Shown here: positions 30,109 through 41,802 of the stretch, piece by piece
Numbering within the stretch: the stretch's first letter is position 1
Layout: each line of letters begins with the position of its first letter
NCBI RefSeq assembly: GCF_009914755.1
Contig: NC_060941.1
Direction: 5' to 3' (one strand)
Source of the DNA: the human T2T-CHM13v2.0 reference genome, Homo sapiens
Length of the DNA stretch: 64,000 nt
Translations under genes and position numbers: made by a program
Notes under the pieces: generated by a model
Told to the model about the DNA's origin: nothing
Seen by the model: the letters and a program-made list of their open reading frames with translations, nothing else
The model's database searches: none

Positions 30109-30725
30109 CCCTTCCCCAGCCTCCTCTCCTGCTGGCCTCCTCTTCTCTCTGAAGCTTGTTTGCGAAGCTCAGCCTAGCAAGTCTGTCTTCTGGAGCGTCA
30201 AGACTCGGTATCAGTGGCAACATCAAAGAAATGTGTTCTTTTCATATGCTTGTCTGCTTGTGTCTAAATCCAGAGTAATGATTTTCTCCTAAATGAATAG
30301 CTCTTCGCTGCTTTCCCTCGCCCGTATAAAGTGGAGCAGCGAGCAGTTTGCTAGTACTGGATCAGACCACACCCCGTGACAACTCAGCATATTGTCTGTT
30401 CATCTTAGAAGAAACCCTTCTTTGCTTTCATGTGAATTTGCGTCTGAACGATTTGCTGATGCCATGTGACATATCATGACAGGGGAAGAATAACAAAGCT
30501 TATTAGTGGGGTTGGTAGGAGGAGCATGGGGTTGTGCGAGCTCTATTTCTTCTTCCACAAATATCTCCTGAGCAGCTACTGTGTGCCTAGCATTCTGAGT
30601 GCATGAAATTGCATCCTAGCGAGATGTGCGTCCCTCTCCCTGAATGGGAGCAAAGACCATGCACCTAATGCAGTGCTTGGCATAAACTAAATCTCTGTCA
30701 CATAAATGGGTCTTTGGTATTATTA

Positions 30726-31179
30726 TGTGGTGGATTGCATAAAGCACCAGGATATTTTGCAGCTCCTCCCAGTAAGAGATGAAGTCATCGATTTCACCAC
30801 CCTTTGAATCTGGGCTGGGCTTGTCTTGCATTGGCCAATGGAATACCATGAAACTGACATGTGATTGCTAATCATAAGTGTCAAGAGGCCCTGCACCTTC
30901 CCTTCTTGCTGCTCTGGGAACCCTGAGCCATCATGTGAAGGAGTCCAGACCAGCCTGCTGGGTGACGGTGATGAGAGACACATGTTACCCCCAGCATCAC
31001 AGCCAGCAGCCAGCTGACTTCCAGAGGCAGCACCACCGAGCTGACTGGCAGCTGAATACAGACACATGGGTGAGCCCAGCCAAGATCGGCTAAGTCTGGC
31101 TCAGACCAGAAGAACCACTTAGATGAGCCCAGTCTAAACTGCCAACTCACAAAACTGTGGGCTAAAGAAATCATCATTG
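30726..31179 (+). mobile_element. MLT1G/H-like LTR, 5' portion
   Basis: TGTGG start; CTTTGAATCTGGGCTGG; CAGAAGAACCAC...GAGCCCAG; breaks at AAATCATCATTG. Confidence 0.75.
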
Positions 31180-31376
31180 ATTTTTAATCTTTAATAATGT
31201 TTTTTGCCCAGTTTTTCAGTTAATACGGTGATACATATTTTATATAATGTTTTGAAAATACATACTACTACTCTTAACATTCAGTATTCTTTGTTTTATG
31301 CATACAAAGATATCTACTATGTATAGATTCTGATGTGATAGGAAAAAAACAACAAATTCCTTTTTCCTTTGTATTC

Positions 31377-32600
31377 TGAGATATTGGAAAAACCAAAGTG
31401 GTTTTTCTACTCTCTACTTGATATGGTTTGGCTTTGTCCCCACCCAAATCTCATCATGAATTGTAACTCCCGCAATTCCTAGGTGCTGTGGAAGGAACCT
31501 GGTGGGAGGTGATTGAATTATGGGGCGGGTCTTTCCTGCGCTGTTCTCGTAATAGTGAATGAGTCTCATGAGATCTGATGGTTTTAAAAATGTGAGTTTC
31601 CCTGCACAAGCTGTCTCTCTCTCTTTGCCTGCTGCCATCTATGTAAGACATGACTTGCCCCTCCTTGCCTTTCACCATGACTATGAGGCCTCTCCAGCCA
31701 TGTGGAACTGTAAGTCCATTAAACCTCTTTTTCTTCTCAGTCTTGGGTATGTCTTTATCAGCAGCATGAAAACGGACTAATACACTACTCAACACAACAC
31801 TTCCAACACCTGCTATGTTGGGGTTGTTTCTCCACATACCAAGCAATTCTCCAGCAGACTCTAGCTGAGTGTCCTCTTATTATATTCAACTCTGACCATG
31901 TCTACCTGGAGATAGTGTATGATCCCCTAGGTTGAGGACTCAGTCCCACAAGACTACCCCCCGCCTCAGATGCCAGTCGCAAATAGTAGGTTGTCACCTA
32001 TACTTCTGACCAACCTGCTGTAAGTTGGAGTTCCCAAGACCCCCTCTTGGGTTCAATCAACTTTCTAGAGTGGCTCACAGAACTCAGGGAAACACTTTAC
32101 CACCCATTTGTGATAAAAAAAAAAAAAAAATTACGAAGGATACAAACGAATGGCCAGATGGAAGAGATGCACAGGGCAAGCTGTAGGGGCGAGGAGTGCA
32201 GAACCTCTATGCCTTCTCTGGGCATGCCACCCTCCAAGAACCTCCATTGTGTTTAGCTATCTGGAGGCTCTCTTAACCCTTTCCTTTGGGATTTTTATTG
32301 AGGCTTCATTACATAGGCACGATTGATTACATTATTGACCAATGGTGATCAACTTAACCTTCAGTTCCTCTCCCTCCCAAGAGGTTGGGGGATGGGGCTA
32401 AAAGTTCCAACCTCCTAATCATACTTTAGTCTTCCCAGTAACCAACCCCCATCCTGAAGCTACCTAGGGAACCTCCTGGCCACCAGTCATTCGTTATCAT
32501 ACAAAGGATATTTTTATCACTCTGGAGACTCCAAAGGTTTTTGGAGCTGTATGACAGGGAATGAGGAGGAAGACCAAATATTTTTTTTACAATATTGCAT
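31377..32600 (-). mobile_element. MER21-like LTR (contains THE1B)
   Basis: CTACCTGGAGATAG...CTCAGTCCCACAAGACT...GTGGCTCACAGAACTCAGGGAAACAC...GAAGACCAAATA. Confidence 0.75.
31419..31784 (+). mobile_element. THE1B solo LTR
   Basis: TGATATGGTTTGGC...GGACTAATACA; perfect TSD CTACT. Confidence 0.93.
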
Positions 32601-32841
32601 AGATATTCATGTACAACATTGCACAATATTGCATAGAGAGTAATAATAACCTCCAGTAGGTTCTTAGTTGCAAAGGACCCCTGTTACAAAGGATAGATTA
32701 ACAAGAGAAAAACAAGCAGAAATTTATTAACATGTATATTTCATATATGCATGGGAGACAACCAGAGAATGAGTAGTTCTCAAAGAGGTGGCTTTGAATT
32801 CTAACTTCTATGGCATCTTCAACAAAGAACAATAAATCTTT

Positions 32842-33787
32842 TTATTATTATTATACTTTAAGTTCTGGGATACATGTGCAGAACGTGCAGGTTTGTTGCA
32901 TAGGTATACACGTGCCATGGTGGTTTGCTGCACCTATCAACCCATCATCTACATTAGGTATTTCTCCTAATGCTATCCTTCCCCCAGCCCCTGACTCCCC
33001 AACAGGCCCTGGTGTGTGATGTTCCCCTCCCTGTGTCCATGTGTTCTCATTGTTCAATTCCCACTCATGAGTGAGAACATGCGGTGTTTGGTTTTCTGTT
33101 CCTGTGTTTGCTGAGAATTATGGTTTCCAACTTCATCCATGTCCCTCCAAAGGACATGAACTCATCCTTTATATGGCTGCATAGTATTCCATGGTGTATA
33201 TGTGTCACATTTTCTTTATTCAGTCTATCATTGATGGGCATTTGGGTTGGTTCCAAGTCTTTGCTCTTGTGAACAGTGCTGCAATAAACATACATGTGCA
33301 TGTGTCTTTATAGTAGAATGATTTATAATCCTTTGGGCGTATACCCAGTAATGGGATTGCTGGGTCAAATGGTATTTCTGGCTCTAGATCCTTGAGGAAT
33401 CACCACACTGTCTTCCACAATGGTTGAACTAATTTACACTCCCACCAACAGTGTAAAAGCATCCCAATTCCTCCACTTCGTCTCCAGCATCTGTTGTTTC
33501 CTGACTTTTTAATGATCACCATTCTAACTGGCATGAAATGATATCTCACTGTGGTTTTGATTTGCATTTCTCTAATGACCAGTGATCACAAGCTTTTTTT
33601 CATATGTTTGTTGGCCACATGAATGTCTTCTTTTGAGAAATGTCTGTTCCTACCCTTCCCCCACTTTTTGATGGGGTTGTTTGCTTTTTTCTTGTAAATT
33701 TGTTTAAGTTCTTTGTAGAATCTGGATATTAGCCCTTTTTCAGATGGATAGATTGCAAACATTTTCTCCCGTTCTGTAGGTTGCCTG
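32842..33787 (-). mobile_element. 5'-truncated L1PA (L1PA7-like) 3' end with ORF2 remnant
   Basis: TTATACTTTAAGTTCTGGGATACATGTGCAGAACGTGCAGG; TSD TAAATCTTT at 32833-32841 and 33794-33802. Confidence 0.92.
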
Positions 33788-34494
33788 GTAGTGTAAATCT
33801 TTAGAGAAGTGACAAAACAAAGGAAAAGGACTTTGAGTCTCTATGGGAAGCAATTTGAGGGGGTGGAGAGACAAGCAAATGGCAGATAAAAGCTAGTTTG
33901 TAAAGCTTGTTAATATAAATTCCTGTGGTGTCATCTAAAGCTGTCTTCCATGATTAACCTTTGTTCTGTCTGGTAGAGAGGGAGGCAGGATACTTGTCTT
34001 TGCAAATCTATGTCCTGCTTTCAGGCAATAGAGGGAGGATGGAACACTGTCCTGTATTTGATTCTTCTTAACTGCCTTCAATTCAACAATCTTTCATATT
34101 TTGGGAGGTATATTCTAGTCTCCCATATTCATTAAACTAAACAAAAAGGGAATAGGATCACACTCTACAGACTAAATTGTATTCTACTTTTTTTAACTTA
34201 AAGAATTGTGAACACTTTTGTTGCAATGAAGTACTATCTTATAGTATTTTTTTTAGCCATATGTATTTTATTTCATTGTTGTTCATTGAAATAACCCCTT
34301 ATGGATGGACATTGACACCGTTTTTATATTTTGCTATTTTAAATAAGATTGTGATGACTATACTTACAAAAATATCTTAAGATCTACCTCTGATTATTTC
34401 CTTACGACAAATTATTTTGAAATGGAAGTGCTGGATTAAAGAAAAGTTCCGTTTTCAAGGCCTCAGATCATGTTGTCATATTGCTGTACAGAGG

Positions 34495-35030
34495 CAGTTC
34501 TCAAACCTTTTGGTCTCAGTGCTTTTTTACACTCTTAAAAAATACTGAAGATCCCAAAGAGCCTGTGTTTATGTTAGTTACTTCTATCAATATGTGGCTG
34601 CGTTTTAGGGAGCACAGAGAGGCAAAAGGGATGGTGTGGGTACTAGCTATTTTAGAAATTAAAGCATAGAGATTTTAAGAATATTAATTCACTTAAAATA
34701 ATGACGATAAACTCCTTAAATGCTAACATAAATTAAGGTAACATGTTATTTACAAAACAAAAAATATTTAGCGTGAAGAATGGCATGGATTTACATTTTT
34801 GCAAATCTCATCAAAATCTAGCTTAATGAAAGATGCTGGATTGTCCTATCTGCTTCTGCATCAATATGTTGCAAAATGACACATCATAGAGCCTGTGGAA
34901 AGCTCCATTGTCTACCATGGAGAGAATGAGAGTAGAAAAAGAAAAAAACATCTTAGTACTATTATGAAAATAGTTTGATCACCTGCAGATCTTCAAAGGG
35001 CCTCAGGAAGCCCTAGGGGTCCAGGGAACA
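34495..35030 (+). mobile_element. Charlie1b-like hAT transposon
   Basis: TCTCAAACCTTTTGGTCTCAG...TTTACACTCTTAAAAA...TTTTTGCAAATCTC...ATTATGAAAATAGTTT. Confidence 0.75.
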
Positions 35031-35105
35031 TTACCTTTAAAAAACAAATTTAAAAATCTTTACTAATTTGTTAAGCAAAAAGTAAAATCTCTTAGTTGCT
35101 ATTTT

Positions 35106-35164
35106 CTAAATATCTTTTTGAGGCCTAAATTACATACCATAAAGTTTACCCATTTAAAGTGTAT
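35106..35164 (-). mobile_element. Very short L1MA/MB extreme 3' end
   Basis: TTGAG...ACATACCATAAAGTTTACCCATTTAAAGTGTA. Confidence 0.6.
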
Positions 35165-35228
35165 AAATCATCATTGCTTTTAGACACTAAGTTTTTGGGT
35201 TGTTACACAGCCAAAGCTAACTGATATA
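35165..35228 (+). mobile_element. MLT1G/H-like LTR, displaced 3' terminus
   Basis: AAATCATCATTG then CACTAAGTTTTTGGGTTGTTACACAGC...TAACTGATA. Confidence 0.75.
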
Positions 35229-36279
35229 AATTACGTATTAACATTGACAGTGAAAGAGAAGCATTGAATAAATAGCATGAAAAAGCATAAGATGAATAGC
35301 TTCTGTACAGTTACAACAGTTAAATCAATATGTGACATTATTATTGCTATTGTTACTATTAGTAACAGTCAAATATTTACTGAGTTCCTGCTGTAAGCAT
35401 TTATTATTCTCTATCTCATTCAGATTTCTCCATAACCACCCTGTGAAAGATGATTTATTAGCTCAATTTCTGTCCTCACAGATTTAAAGAAACTATTATC
35501 GTCCATCACAGTGGTGCTATGTTGATACCATCCCTGCTCCCAAAGAGTGAGTGAGATGTACAAATGTGAAACATCAAAAGAATGCCATCCATTTATTCTT
35601 TCATTTATTTATTTTCTAGATGTTTGTTGAGGATCCAAATTGCACCAGGCTCTGTGCTAGACTCTGGGGGAGACAGAGACTAAGGATGAATTTCCCCCCA
35701 CTTACTCCTACCTTCAGGGACTATGACGGTGTTGAGATACATCTCAGATTAGTTCATTAATGCTGACTCACGTCATAACACTCATTCCAAGATGAGTGAG
35801 GTCGGGGGCGACCGTGGACAGTCTCACACTGGAGGTAGGACTAAGTGCAGTTGGGCTGTGGGAGGAGAGTCGGTGTTTTAGGGAGCACAGAGAAGCAAAG
35901 GCAATGAGTGTGGATATCAGAGAGAAGAATCCCGAGGGCTGAGGGCTGATATTAAGGCAGAGGGAGATCACACTGCCAGGAAAGCTAGGGCTAATTGGAT
36001 AATCCAGGAACTAAAGGCTTCAATGGAATAGTCCAGAGACAGCAAAAATGAGGTACACCTGCTGCTACATCTTTGTTCTGAATGGCAGACATCATTAATC
36101 AACCACCTCCTACAGAGCCTGGGTCTTTTTCAACCCAGTGATCCAGGAAGCCACCACAAAGCAATCAGAGTGTGCATACATGATGAACCCTATTTGCCAT
36201 TGTTGAAATAGTCATTCTCTCTCCTGCGGACAAAAGACAAAAATATTCAGTAGGCTCCAGATAAGGTGAATCATAGGGT

Positions 36280-36470
36280 AAAATAGAGAACTCTGGAGCT
36301 AGATTTCCTGAGGTTGGAACCTGGTTTATCTACATACCAACTGTAGGACCTTGTGCAAGATATGTGATCTCTCTGTTCCTCAGTTTCCATGTCTGAAAAA
36401 TAGGAATAATAGGATTGCTAAGAGGCATGTATGAGATAATACCTTCTAAACATAGCAATGCCCAGCACAT
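36280..36470 (+). mobile_element. MIR
   Basis: CTCTGGAGCTAGA...GACCTTGTGCAAG...CCTCAGTTTCC. Confidence 0.65.
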
Positions 36471-36949
36471 CACTATTTCATTCCAGCGCTCCTACTCTTC
36501 ACTTCTTAATCTTTCCCCATTGCAGCAATCAACCAACCTCCAATTGGATTGAAACAAGAAAATAGACTTAGCAAAGGTGGGTAAAGCATGTGAATGTTAC
36601 AGTTTTGCTGTGTAGACAAGGACAGAGCCCACAACTTCAAACAGCCTCTGGGGAGAAAAGTCATTACCAATCATGCCAATCCCTAGCTGAGCACCCTAGA
36701 GACATGCCTAGCAAAAAGTGAGGTGTCCTATCTCTAGATTTGGAGGACAGCACATTGATGTGTTCCTTTCCTCTATGATTTTTAGAAACGCTCATGATTA
36801 CTCAGTTCCACTGACTATGTTATCTGTTTGGTTAATTTGATGTCCTAACATTGGGAGGACAACACTAGAAATGAAGCACCAAGGGGAGAAGAAAATCAAT
36901 CTCACAAGTAAAGCCTCTGTGATTTCCAGATTTCATAATAGGGAGCCAG

Positions 36950-37765
36950 GGAGGATCCAAATATATTTGCATAAATTCCCCATTGTATACAGAACTCCTT
37001 CCCATCAATAAGAAAATAGTCTATAAGCCAGTAGAAAACTAAGCAAAGACTACGATCAGGGAGATCACTGGAAAAGAAATATTAATAGCTTTGAAATAAA
37101 TGAAAAGATGTTAACTATCTTGAGATACCATATTTTACCTACAAGATGGGCAAGGTTGTTATAATTTGATAATACTCAGTGTTGGAAGGTGGGAGAGGAG
37201 ACAGGTGCTCTCATACATTGACGATGGAGGCATTAAATAGTAGAACCTCATGTAGATCAATTTGACAATATCAATCACAATTACAAATCCCATAACAGAA
37301 TTGTACACATGTGAAATGACACATATGTGAGATTATTATTGTGGTGTAATTTGTGTTAAAGTTGAGAAACAACCAATCAATAGGGACTTGTTAAATAAAT
37401 TATGATACAGCTGCGTAATGGAAAAATATATAGGTATAAAAGAGGAATAAGAAAGATCTTATATACAGAAATGGGATTATCTCCAAGATATGTTGATAAG
37501 ACTGTTAAAAGCAAGATATAGGATATAATTTATAGTATGTTGTTATTTTTGTAAAAAAGGAGGAGAAAAAATATATTTGCTTGTTTTTAGAGACTCACTC
37601 CTCACTCTCTGAAAAGATACCTGTAAATTGAGCAACTGTGGCTGGTCTAGAGAGGACAATTGGGTGGCTGGGACCAGGAGAAGGAAGAGGACTTCCCATC
37701 TATACATGCTTGTACCTTTCAACTGTCCACCATGAGAACATATTTACCAATTCAGTAATTAAAAT
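36950..37765 (+). mobile_element. L1ME 3' region
   Basis: ATGAAAAGATG...GAGATACCAT...CTCTCATACATTG...AAATAAATTATG. Confidence 0.6.
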
Positions 37766-37767
37766 AA

Positions 37768-38075
37768 GACCAGGTGCGGTGGTGCACGCCTGTAATCTCA
37801 GCACTTTGGGAGGCTGAGGCAGGTGGATGACTTCAGGTGAGGAGATCAGCCTGGCCAACACCGGGAAACCCCATCTCTATTAAAAATACAAAAATTAGCC
37901 GGGAGTGGTGGCACACACCTGTAGTCCCCGCTACTTGAGAGGCTGAGGCAGGAGAATTGCTTGAACCTGGGAGGCAGAGGTTGCAGTGAGCCGATCACAC
38001 CACTGCACTCCAGCCTGGGCAACAGAGTGAGTTCCTATCTCAAATAAATAAATAAAATATAAAGATAAAAAAACA
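37768..38075 (+). mobile_element. AluS
   Basis: Dimer with A-rich tail. Confidence 0.92.
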
Positions 38076-38551
38076 AAATTATTTGAGGATGAGTAACTGG
38101 CTTCTAATTTGCTTTATATTCCTTAATTTCTGTTTCATATTCATAGTCTTGTGGGATGCTGGGGTCTTTACCTTGCTACGTTATAGAGCAAAGTCAGTTT
38201 CGAGTCCCTTCTCTCTTGACAGTTGCGTGTCAGGAGGGAGAGGGGGATGTGATACCTGCCTTGCCAGGCTTAGGCTTTTAAAAACCAAAGCCAGAAAGAT
38301 CCTTTCTGTTTTCCTCTTTATGTTCTGTCCTGTTGCATCTCTTCCCTAAGACAATGTGCAAGAGTCTAGGTGCCTCTGTTGGCAGGAAAGCGGGGAGGAA
38401 AAAACAAGAAAAAAAAAACTAAGATAAATTTTATAGTTTACATGATGACCTCCAATGAATCCTGCCTCTCTGAAGTCACAGCCTTGTGTGAACCCTCATG
38501 CCAAATCTGGGCTGATTTCAATTTGCTAGGACCAATTGAAGGCAGTAGAAG

Positions 38552-39406
38552 TGATGGAGGTAAGTGAGCCCCCAAATTAAGTCTTAGCCTGGCAGGATTC
38601 TTGGTTACACCCAGGAAACAATTCAAGGGCAAGCTGGTGGTGTTAGACAGCAGCCTGTATTGAAGCAGCAGAGCACGGCAGCAGCAGATGTCCAGGCTCC
38701 TTGCAGAGCCGGACTACCCCATGAGCACTGTGCCTAGAGTAGCAGTTCAGGACAGTTCTGTAGCCATATTTATACCTACTTTTAATTACATGCAAATTAA
38801 GGGGCATGTTATGCAGAAATTTCCAGAAAAGGATGGTAACTTCCCCATCATTGGGTCATTGCCATGGAAAGGGGTGGGTAACTTCCTAGCGTTGCCATGG
38901 CAATGGTAAACTGACATGGCACTGGTATCCATGTCCTATGGAGAGGAATTTGATATGGCTGGACTTGTGTCTCCACCCAACTCTCATCTCAATTTGTAAT
39001 TCCCATAATCCCTACATGTCTCGAGAGGGACCTGGTGGGAGGTGACTGGATCATGCGGGCGGTTCCCCCATGCTGTTCTCATGATAGTGAGTGAGTTCTC
39101 ACGAGATTTGATGGTTTTGTAAGTGTTTGACAGTTCCTTCTTCTCTCTGTCACCTGCCACCATGTAAGACGTGCCTGCTTCCCTTTCTGCTATGATTGTA
39201 AGTTTCCCGAGGCCTCCTCAGCCATGCAGAACGATGAGTCCGTTAAGCCTCTTTTCTTTATAAATTACCCAGTCTCAGGCAGTTCTTTATAACAGTGTGA
39301 GAATGAACTAATACAGTGCTTTTGCCTCTTCCCTGTTTCAGCCAGTCTTCAGTCTGGTCTGGAGACCAAGCCCTGCCTCTGGGGTTGAGTCCCACCTCCT
39401 ACCTCA
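38552..39406 (-). mobile_element. MER4-group ERV1 solo LTR (MER49-like), interrupted by THE1/MST
   Basis: TG...CA termini; 4-bp TSD GAAG; TTTTAATTACATGCAAATTAAGGGGC, GTTGCCATGGCAA. Confidence 0.75.
38951..39315 (+). mobile_element. THE1D/MSTA solo LTR
   Basis: TGATATGG...CCCAGTCTCAGGCAGTTCTTTATA...ACTAATACA. Confidence 0.88.
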
Positions 39407-39760
39407 GAAGTGACCTACAGAACTTGTGCAAGTTATAGGAGTTGCTTTTCTAACTTCCATTTTTCCCTCTGTTGTTACCGGGAGCTGCCTTGTAGAGTCC
39501 AAGCAGACACCATAGGAAGAGAAAGGCCCCAGGGACTAAAAGATCAAGAGGAGAGAGAGGAAGGAGGGAGCAGATCCAGCCAGCCCCCAGCTGTTCAAGC
39601 CATCTCAGCTGAAGAGCCAGTGTCAACCAACACCCTGTGAAGCAGAGTTGACCTAGCTCTGTCAAGTCCTGTCCAATTGCTGAATTATGAGCAAAGAAAT
39701 GAGTGCTGTTTTAAGCTACCAAATTCAGGGGTGAATTTTATACAGGAATAGAAAATGGAT
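39407..39760 (+). mobile_element. MLT1-family LTR 3' part
   Basis: CCAGCCAGCCCCCAGCTGTTC...TGAGCAAA...TGTTTTAAGCTAC. Confidence 0.55.
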
Positions 39761-39789
39761 TCTGGAGAACACATCAACAATGTTATCTT

Positions 39790-39970
39790 GCCATACAAAC
39801 ATTATTTCATTTAATCCTCACAGCAACTGTCAAAGTAGGCATTATTGTCCTCATCCTGCAGATGAGGAAACTAGATTCTGGGAGCTTAAATTACATAGCT
39901 AGGGTCACACAGCTTGTGTGTGCTCAAGCTGGGATTCGAACTCAGGGTTGTCAAACTCTAAAGGCTTTGC
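39790..39970 (-). mobile_element. MIR
   Basis: TCATTTAATCCTCACAGCAAC...CAGATGAGGAAACT...GGTCACACAGCT. Confidence 0.75.
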
Positions 39971-40314
39971 TTTCAGCCCCACTGTCCAGCACTGCAGCTT
40001 TGAGGTCTGTGTGCAGACAAGCAATGCATGTTTGTCTCTGTTCCTATGTGACACCAAATTCAGAATCCACCTGGCAGAAAACTAAATAGCATTGGCCCTG
40101 GATCTTAGTGAGATGTGAAGGCCAGCACCATGGTCTGAGACACTTTCTCCAAATTAGTGATTTGAAGTGGTGAGATCTCTCAAAAACACAGCTTTCCAAG
40201 CTTTTGAAAATGACTAGGAAACATGTGCTGAAAGGTAAAGAAAGCTGGGTAACAGACCTATAAATCAGTGCTGTGGAATAGCCACTCTATCTTCATTTAA
40301 AAACCTAGTCTTAG

Positions 40315-40593
40315 GGCTGGGCACAGTGGCTCATGCCTGTAATCCAGCACATTGGGAGGTGCAGGTGGGAGGACTGCTTTAGCCCAGGAGTTCGAGACTA
40401 GCCTGGGCAACACTGTGAGACCCTGTCTCTACCAAAAAAATTAAAAATTAGCTGGGCATGGTGGTGTGTGCCTGAGCTACTCAGAGGAACCCTTGAGCCT
40501 GGGAGGTGGAGGCTGCAGTGAGCCATGATCACACCACTGCACTCCAGCCCCAGTGATAGATTGAGACCCTGTCTCAAAAAATCACATCAAATT
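40315..40593 (+). mobile_element. AluJ with deletions
   Basis: TSD AAAACCTAGTCTTAG. Confidence 0.9.
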
Positions 40594-40654
40594 AAAACCT
40601 AGTCTTAGACCACCAGACCCTATTTGGAATGATGGAATCTTCAAGTTGGGTGGT

Positions 40655-41160
40655 GCATTTATCACGGTTCTTAGGTGCAAGCACCAGGACCCACCCTAGC
40701 TGGTCTCAGCTGAAATGGAATTTTTTTAAGGGCTAGTACGCAAATCACAGATTGTGTAGGAGGTCAGGGAATCAGGCTTGGAGGAGGCAGCACGTTCCAC
40801 CAGTAGCTCCCAGTAGAGAGGCTCCTGCTGCCAACACAGACACCTCAGCCCCCACCACAGGTATGCCCTGCATGGGTGTTACCACCAGGATTCCACCACT
40901 GCTGTCCCTCCCCACTAAAGGACAAGGCACAAGCAGTGCCTCTCTGTTGCCTAATACTGCCCTGCCCATGGGAGGCTCATGCCTGTGCATCTGATTGGTG
41001 GTGTCCAGGTCACATGACAGTACCACAGCAGCAAAGGAGGCTGGGAAAGTGAGTTCTGGTTTCTACCTGGGGGCAAAGGACGGAAATTCATAATGTGGGA
41101 AGCTCTCCAAACATAGGAGGGGCCATCTCCAAGACGACAAACAGAAGGAATCCTAGAGAC
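40655..41160 (-). mobile_element. Ancient MLT1-family LTR remnant
   Basis: GGTTCTTAGGTGCAAGCA...CATCTGATTGG...AGGTCACATG...GGAGGCTGGGAAAGTGAG. Confidence 0.45.
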
Positions 41161-41513
41161 CACACTTTCCCTGACATTTTCAATTAACAGATGAGGAAAC
41201 TGAGGCTCAGAGAGGGGAAGGGTTTTGCCCAGCGTCACACAGAGAGTGAAAGGTTATGACCAGAATTCTAGTGATAGCCACAATCTTCAGCTTGGCCAGC
41301 TTTTGGGCCAGTGTCTGTTGGTTATACATGATGTTTTCATTCATTCTTTCAGCAAGTATTTCATGCTGTGCCAGACACAGTGCTAAGACTGGGACACAAT
41401 ATCAAATGTGACTTCACTCCTACCTTCAGGAAACTTACAGTGTGGTAGGGAAGACCCCAGGTAAGTGAGCCAGCTAGCGCCATGTGCTAAAAGACACTCT
41501 TCCCGGGGTTGGG

Positions 41514-41802
41514 GGGCGGGCGCGGTGGCTCACGCCTGTAATCTCAGCACTTTGGGAGGCCGAGGTGGGTGGATCATGAGGTCAGGAGATCGAGACCATC
41601 CTGGCTAACACGGTGAAACCCTGTCTCGACTAAAAATACAAAAAATTAGCTGGGCGTGGTGGCGGGCGCCTGTAGTCCTAGCTACTCGGGAGGCTGAGGC
41701 GGGAGAACAGCATGAACTCAGGAGGCGGAGCTTGCAGTGAGCCGAGGTCGCGCCACTGCACTCCAGCCTGGGCGACAGAGCGAGACTCCGTCTCAAAAAA
41801 AA
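41514..41802 (+). mobile_element. AluY
   Basis: GGCTAACACGGTG, GGAGCTTGCAG diagnostics; TSD AAAAGACACT[C/G]TTCCC. Confidence 0.95.

Larger units (their letters stand above)
31331..34127 (-). mobile_element. MER34-like ERV1 LTR (pieces 31331-31376, ~32635-32841, 33794-34127)
   Basis: TAGGTTCTTAG...AGATTAACAAGAGAAAAAC...CTATGTCCTGCTTTCAGGCA...AACTGCCTTCA. Confidence 0.6.
31200..35105 (-). mobile_element. L1ME(4a-like) 3' fragments (31200-31330, 34130-34490, 35030-35105)
   Basis: GGATCACACT...TGGACATT...CTGATTATTTCCTTA...TGGAAGTGCTGG; AATCTTTACTAATTTG. Confidence 0.55.

Noticed and set aside
32842-33787. L1 ORF2-like peptides
   Set aside because: Under 1 kb, 5'-truncated and interrupted; non-functional
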